Positions 58,759 through 64,000 of a stretch of 64,000 bases of DNA are shown in pieces. The stretch is from Candidatus Eiseniibacteriota bacterium (GTDB lineage Bacteria > Eisenbacteria > RBG-16-71-46 > CAVPCR01). The stretch is from contig CAWGMA010000002.1 of the NCBI GenBank assembly GCA_963823555.1, positions 640,001 through 704,000 of the forward strand, read 5' to 3'. The notes beneath the pieces were generated by a model that saw only the letters and a list, made by a program, of their open reading frames with translations, did no database searches and was not told where the DNA came from. The translations under genes and the position numbers were made by a program. Every line of letters begins with the position of its first letter. Position 1 is the stretch's first letter.

Positions 58759-60669
58759 CTACTGGATCTTGATCAGCTTCCCGGTCATCTTCGGAGTTCC
58801 GGTCGGTCCGGTCACTCTATAGAAGTAGGTCCCCCGTGCCAGATCGCGCCCAGACGCGTCGCGCCCGTCCCATGGGAGCTCGAAAGACCCACTGGGGGCG
58901 AGGCTCTCGCTCAGCCGAGCCACCTGACGGCCTGCTACGTCGTAGACCCTGACCTCTACCCGACCACCGGCATCGGTATCGAGATGGAAGGCCGTGGCAC
59001 TGGAGAAGGGGTTCGGAGCCACGCTCACCATGAGCGTGCCTGCTACGGGGGGCGCCTCCGCCACTCCCGTCGTGCCTCCCGCACAGGCCCAGGCGGCGAT
59101 GTTGTTCGCGAGCAGGGTGTTGTCCGCATTGCCGATCAGCGAATTGGTGAGCATGTTGTGGTCACCGAGGACGAGGATGCGCCCGTCGGCGAGGAAGCCG
59201 GTTGCCGGCTCGAGAACGACCATGAAGTCGTTCCCGAACCCGTTGTTGCCGAGGAGGAGCGCGTCGGGACCATACGTGAAAGTGCACTCGGTGGCGTAGG
59301 CGTAGGAGCTGACCCCGTTCGTGATCGGATGGGCGGTGACCGGGGACCCGGATCCGCTGTGGCTGAGTGCCTGGTAGTTGGTCACCTGGTAGAAGGACGT
59401 GAACGACTCGTAGGCGGGCAGGGAGAGGATGTCGGCGGACACGATCAGGGTGCCGCCGGCCGCGATCCAGTTCTGGAGGGCGGTCTGTTCGGCGGGGGCG
59501 AGGGCGCCGGTCGACGTGCTGAGGAGCGAGGTGTAGAAGACGTCGACGGTGCTCAGGTAGGCCGGAGTCAGGGTCGGGGTCGGCGGCGCGGCGTAGCCAC
59601 CGTTGCTCGTGATGATGCTGCGTAGAGTCGAGTGAGCGCTGCCGGTGAGCGGACCGCTGGCGTAGTTGATGCGCGAGCCGTCGAAGCTGCCCCAGGCGCA
59701 GCTGGACGGCGGGGTGCAGGCCCAGGCGGCGATGTTGTTCGCGAGCAGGGTGTTGTCCGCATTGCCGATCAGCGAATTGGTGAGCATGTTGTGGTCACCG
59801 AGGACGAGGATGCGCCCGTCGGCGAGGAAGCCGGTTGCCGGCTCGAGAACGACCATGAAGTCGTTCCCGAACCCGTTGTTGCCGAGGAGGAGCGCGTCGG
59901 GACCATACGTGAAAGTGCACTCGGTGGCGTAGGCGTAGGAGCTGACCCCGTTCGTGATCGGATGGGCGGTGACCGGGGACCCGGATCCGCTGTGGCTGAG
60001 TGCCTGGTAGTTGGTCACCTGGTAGAAGGACGTGAACGACTCGTAGGCGGGCAGGGAGAGGATGTCGGCGGACACGATCAGGGTGCCGCCGGCCGCGATC
60101 CAGTTCTGGAGGGCGGTCTGTTCGGCGGGGGCGAGGGCGCCGGTCGACGTGCTGAGGAGCGAGGTGTAGAAGACGTCGACGGTGCTCAGGTAGGCCGGAG
60201 TCAGGGTCGGGGTCGGCGGCGCGATGGAGCCGCCGTTGCTCGTGATGATGCTGCGTAGAGTCGAGTGAGCGTTGCCGGTGAGCTGGCCGTCGGTGTAGTT
60301 GATGCGCGAGCCGTCGAAGCTGCCCCAGGCGCAGGTGAGATTGGCAAGGACATCGGGCGGATCGGTGACGAGCCCTGGTCCTCCGGCTGAGTCATCCCCG
60401 CCAGCCAGCGCGGCCGGCGTCTCGCTTTGTCCCACGTTTGGTGCCGCCGGCGGCGGTCCTCCGGCGGAGTCATCCCCGCCAACCAGCGCCGCCGACGTCT
60501 CGCTCGGTCCCACGTTTGGTGCCGCCGGCCGGCTCACCGCATCCTGGCCGACAACAACAGAGTTGGGCTCGAAGATGAGCGGACTGCCTGCGGCAGACTG
60601 GATCGCGAGCGTGACCCCGAGGGACATGCAGAGGATGAAGGACCAGAAAGTGCTGTGCTGATAACGCAT
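58759..60669 (-). CDS. Secreted protein with two tandem ~211-aa domains and FlgD/T9SS-like tail
   Basis: Signal peptide; duplicated CAWGSFD...NNIAAWAC domain (ALQNWIAAGGTL, GRILVLGD suggest a class-I GATase-like fold); PNPF...WDGRD.SG...GTYFYR. Confidence 0.85.
   Translation of the reverse strand: MRYQHSTFWSFILCMSLGVTLAIQSAAGSPLIFEPNSVVVGQDAVSRPAAPNVGPSETSAALVGGDDSAGGPPPAAPNVGQSETPAALAGGDDSAGGPGLVTDPPDVLANLTCAWGSFDGSRINYTDGQLTGNAHSTLRSIITSNGGSIAPPTPTLTPAYLSTVDVFYTSLLSTSTGALAPAEQTALQNWIAAGGTLIVSADILSLPAYESFTSFYQVTNYQALSHSGSGSPVTAHPITNGVSSYAYATECTFTYGPDALLLGNNGFGNDFMVVLEPATGFLADGRILVLGDHNMLTNSLIGNADNTLLANNIAAWACTPPSSCAWGSFDGSRINYASGPLTGSAHSTLRSIITSNGGYAAPPTPTLTPAYLSTVDVFYTSLLSTSTGALAPAEQTALQNWIAAGGTLIVSADILSLPAYESFTSFYQVTNYQALSHSGSGSPVTAHPITNGVSSYAYATECTFTYGPDALLLGNNGFGNDFMVVLEPATGFLADGRILVLGDHNMLTNSLIGNADNTLLANNIAAWACAGGTTGVAEAPPVAGTLMVSVAPNPFSSATAFHLDTDAGGRVEVRVYDVAGRQVARLSESLAPSGSFELPWDGRDASGRDLARGTYFYRVTGPTGTPKMTGKLIKIQ
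59084..60334. repeat. Intragenic tandem duplication, period 633 nt
   Basis: 59084-59701 vs 59717-60334; identical for about 500 nt, with differences clustered at one end. Confidence 0.95.
60378..60530. repeat. Two ~78-nt repeats in the N-terminal linker
   Basis: PAAPNVG(P/Q)SET(S/P)AAL(V/A)GGDDSAGGP x2. Confidence 0.85.
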
Positions 60670-60950
60670 GGTGAGCCTCCGCTGGCGCTAGTCGCAGTGC
60701 TGCCGAACGCAGAGTGCTCGGCCGAAGCTGCGCTGTGCGACCAGGACGACGTGATCCGCCGAGGTTGCCAGGTTACGAGAGACGCATCCTGTGCATTTCC
60801 CCAATGAAATGACAGGATCACATGGACAGCAATTCAGGTTCGGGTGCGAACCACAATCCATGTAATAGGCTAGCAGCGCTCAGCAGAAAACGCAACGCTC
60901 TTGACGAGTGCAGGCAGGCTCTCCGCGCGGGGGGGTGCTCAGGGGTAGAC

Positions 60951-61200
60951 GGGATAAGGGATAAGGGATAGGAATTTCCTTTCGTCAATAAGCCCGGGAG
61001 GAGGAGGAGAACGGGGAGCCAAGCCGCGCGCGCGACCGACCGGGAGGCGACCGCGGCGTGGCGTGACCGGCGACTGCGCGTCGTGGCCCGACGTTGCCGC
61101 GGGGTGGCCGCGGCCGCCGCACCGCGATGCGGCCCCGCCGACCGACACCCGATCCCGCAGGGCGCGCCTCTCCCCTTGCGCTGCCGATGGTGATCGGCAG
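60951..61200 (-). mobile_element. Second, different oriIS-like end with reiterated tip
   Basis: Minus strand GGAAATTCCTATCCC-TTATCCC-TTATCCC; GC-rich upstream region including GCAAGGGGAGAGGCGCGCCCTGC. Confidence 0.5.
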
Positions 61201-61206
61201 CAGCCG

Positions 61207-62620
61207 GCGCATAAGATATTTCATGAGATATTTCATCGGGCTTTTGGCCTGACCTCAAGTGTAGGAGGGGGGATTGGGGAAGGGAAGGACGGCGTTGGGC
61301 GGGGGCGTGGTGGGTGCATGGTGCGCGATGGCACGGCGGGGCGATGGCATCGGGCGTCGGTGGGCGCGGCGTACTGCGACCGCACGGAGTTGTCCCATCA
61401 CTCCGGCGGGATGCGCGGAGCGTCGCGGGGTTCGCTGCCGTTTTGGGGCGGGCCGGTGGTGGTGGCATGGCTTGCCCATAGCCCCGTCACCAGCGCGGGT
61501 GAGGTGTCACGACGGTGGCGGCCGGGCCGATGGAGACCGCGAGGCGGGGGGTGCCTCACCAACATCGTCCAGCGGATCAGTGTCGAGCGGCGCTGCCTCA
61601 TCCCACATCTCAAGCGGGAGCTCGGTTGCGTCGGCTCGCGCCAGCGCTGGTGGTGCGGTGGGCAGGCGGAGATGGCGGATGACCTGATCGAGGTCAGCAC
61701 CTTGGGGTCGGAGATGAGGGCAAGGACGGCCATGGCGGAGGTGCAGCGGGGACAGCGCAGGGCGTCGAGGTGGAACACGCGGCAGAGCAGCTGGGCCCAG
61801 GGGAGCGAGCGTCGACGGTGGGGCATGGTGGTGGCGGGCGCGGGCGCCGCAAGCGGCGCGGTCGGAGTGAGCTCGGCTTCGGGGTCACGGTGCGGCTGAT
61901 CGCTGGCGGGTGGGCCCGGCGTGAGCGCGAGCGGTGGTGGTGGCGGTGGTGGTAACCGCGGGCGCCAGCGCGAGCGGTTGGCGAAGGCACCGTGATAGCG
62001 GACGAGATGGCTGTAGGGGGCGGGGACCAGAGCGGCGAGTCGGCGCAGGAGATCGAGGGGCTCGAGTACGAGCGAGGTCGCACCCTGGGCGTGGGGCCAG
62101 GGCCGGCGCAGGTGGTAGACGATGCGACCGTCGCTGCGCCGTGCGAGACGCCCTTGGGCGAAGGGAGCGCGCAGGCCGTAGCGGCAGAGGCGCTCGAGGG
62201 CAAGCCGATCGCCGGCGGCGACGGCGTGGGCGGCGTGAAGGGAGAAGCCGGCAACCTTGGCGCAGAGCGGTTTGGGTTCGGGCTCCCGGTCTTCGGGAAG
62301 CGCGAGCTGGGGTGAGGGAAGGGGTGGTGCGACGGCGGCGGCGAGGTCGCTCTGGAGTGCGGCGGCGATCGCCTCGAGAAGCGCCGTGGTCTCGCTCTCG
62401 TCATCGGTCCGCCGCTCGATAACGGCGGTGAGGCGGCGGGCGATCTTGAGGGTGAGGGCCTCGATCTCGGCGGTGGTGGGTGTGGGGAGCGGTACGAAGT
62501 CGAGCGGGTCACCATCGGTGCGGGGGACGAAGAGCCCATCGGGGAGGAGGCAGTGAACGTGGGGGTGGAGGTTGAGGGCGCCGCCGAAGCGCTGGACGAA
62601 GGAGACCGCTCCCGACTGCC
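61207..62620 (-). mobile_element. ISCR/IS91-type rolling-circle element, 5'-truncated transposase (61507-62620, frameshift near 61680) plus oriIS region
   Basis: HUH motif HPHVH, GFSLHA, single-Tyr RLCRY, LVRYHG, WAQLL.RVF, CPRC; N-terminal Zn-binding part absent. Confidence 0.9.
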
Positions 62621-63079
62621 CGCCCGCGATCTGACAAGTCGTTGCGGGCTTGCACGATATGTACTCCATCGCAGGTGTGGCTGATCGTCTCGTCAGGCTC
62701 GGCGCACGGCCATTCAGTTAACTGCCCAGGCTGGAAACCGGTCTCAACCTCTCAGATTCTCACCGACGCGCAGACGGCTGTTTAACGGGCGGCCCGTCCG
62801 GGGAGCCAAGTACCCGACGTGCGAACTCGTCGCCATCCGGCCAACAGCAACCCCTGTCTCAGGTGAGTCCAGGGTCTTTGGGCCTTTGTCGCCTGTCGGC
62901 ACTTGAAGCGCGAGACGAGCGGATCAGGCCAGGCCTCCAGCGGCTGCGGCGAACTCTCCAGGAAGTCTGGCTCCGGCACAGGCCCTTCGAATTTTGGATT
63001 GTCAGGCGTGCATGAATGAGAGAACCTGTGTTTCAGCCATTTCCTTCGGAGCGCGAACATTCCAATGAATCGGGGATTC

Positions 63080-63850
63080 ATGGTGCGCAGTCGTATCGCT
63101 CATAGCCTAGGCGCAGCCTTCGGTTCCAGAACCTGTTGGTTGCTGGCGGCCGTGCTCGTAGTCCTCGGCCTCTGCTCGAGCCAGGCCCGGGCCCAACAGT
63201 TCAACTCCGACAACTGGTGGGTGCTTCCCTACGCCACCGGCGTGGGCGTCGCCACCCTGGGTGAGCACTACTCGACGATGTACCTGGGGTACGGCTTCCT
63301 CGACGGTTGGGAACTCGACATCGGGGCCTTCTTGTACAAAGCAGACGAAGGGAACACGACGGCCCACTACTCCACTACGGTCTATCTCAAGCGGCTCATT
63401 GTTCAGGACGATGCACGGACCAAAGGAGCGGCGGTCATGGCTGGAATCGGCCAGGCCCCGGGGTACCAGGAATCGGGGCAGCTGATCGGTGAATTCAAGA
63501 GCTACTGGGTCAGTGTTCCGGTGACCTTTCCGTTCTTCGACAACACTCTCTCGTGGGACCTCATGCCCGGCGGGACCTGGAACATCGACTACGGTTCACA
63601 AGAGGAGCACGCGGCTGCGTTCACCTGGTCCTCCCGCCTGGCCATCTACAAGGTCGTCCCGCAGTCGGCGATCGTGCTGGAGATTTTCGGAGCTGAGGGC
63701 GAAGCTGAGGCTGCCGTGCAATACAAAGCTGGCGTGCGTTGGGAGAGCAAGTACGTCGTCGCGGCGCTGACCTACGGCGACGGGCTCGAAGGCAACGAGG
63801 GCGGCGGACTCGAACTCGGATTCATGTTCCTCACGCCGCCGTTCAAGTGA
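63080..63850 (+). CDS. Hypothetical secreted/outer-membrane protein
   Basis: Signal peptide ending ARA-Q; aromatic-rich beta-strand pattern; ends TPPFK. Confidence 0.7.
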   Translation: MVRSRIAHSLGAAFGSRTCWLLAAVLVVLGLCSSQARAQQFNSDNWWVLPYATGVGVATLGEHYSTMYLGYGFLDGWELDIGAFLYKADEGNTTAHYSTTVYLKRLIVQDDARTKGAAVMAGIGQAPGYQESGQLIGEFKSYWVSVPVTFPFFDNTLSWDLMPGGTWNIDYGSQEEHAAAFTWSSRLAIYKVVPQSAIVLEIFGAEGEAEAAVQYKAGVRWESKYVVAALTYGDGLEGNEGGGLELGFMFLTPPFK

Positions 63851-63928
63851 GTCGGGGCGCTTGACACATGGGGGGACGGCGCATCCAAACGGTCCCAAGT
63901 CGGTAGCCCCCCCGCAGCGCGAATCAAC

Positions 63929-63958
63929 TTGACAACATTTACTCCCCTTGCCTATGCT
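63929..63958 (+). promoter_or_regulatory. Candidate sigma70 promoter
   Basis: TTGACA-18 nt-TATGCT in an AT-richer patch. Confidence 0.55.
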
Positions 63959-64000
63959 CTCCGTTCTGAAGGCAAAGCTCGCGCGGATCGCGTGGGTTGG

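Noticed and set aside
59084..60334. The repeat pair as a DGR template/variable region
   Set aside because: The differences are not adenine-specific (they include C>T, C>A, G>A and T>C), both copies are coding, and no reverse transcriptase is in the window
11400..63000. Integron or cassette array explaining the gene patchwork
   Set aside because: No tyrosine integrase, no recurring attC (RYYYAAC...GTTRRRY) structure seen, and the genes lie in mixed orientations

Overview
High-GC bacterial window. The many secreted proteins with FlgD-Ig/T9SS-like tails or a C-terminal (T/S)WGS(V/I)K tag suggest an Eisenbacteria/Krumholzibacteria/Latescibacteria-like lineage (inference only). The first ~11 kb is core-like: a group 3d [NiFe] hydrogenase hoxY-hoxH-hoxW, a response regulator and histidine kinase, GDPD, pirin, a large M16 peptidase and a UxxC selenoprotein disulfide oxidoreductase. 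The rest is an accessory mosaic. It contains secreted beta-helix and beta-propeller proteins, kefFC, a redox cluster with a second UxxC selenoprotein next to a PEP-utiliser (RPH/PEPS-like) enzyme, and an operon joining an OMP, a LolD/LolCE-like ABC system, a LolA-like protein, a PEP-utiliser enzyme and a divergent PlsY-like protein. It also contains a ResB-CcsA fusion and many gene fragments interleaved with remnants of at least five IS families. Repeated non-autonomous elements stand out: a 216-bp ISCR/IS91-type oriIS mini-element (two copies with the same ends, one interrupting a gene), a 381-bp MITE (two copies plus diverged relatives) and an rve-family mini-IS. Clustered single-base frameshifts (0.7-3.4 kb, 22-25 kb, 45.9-47.2 kb, 50.6-51.2 kb) look like long-read indel errors. 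No rRNA, tRNA, CRISPR array, integron or DGR could be supported. All family calls come from motif recognition, not database searches.
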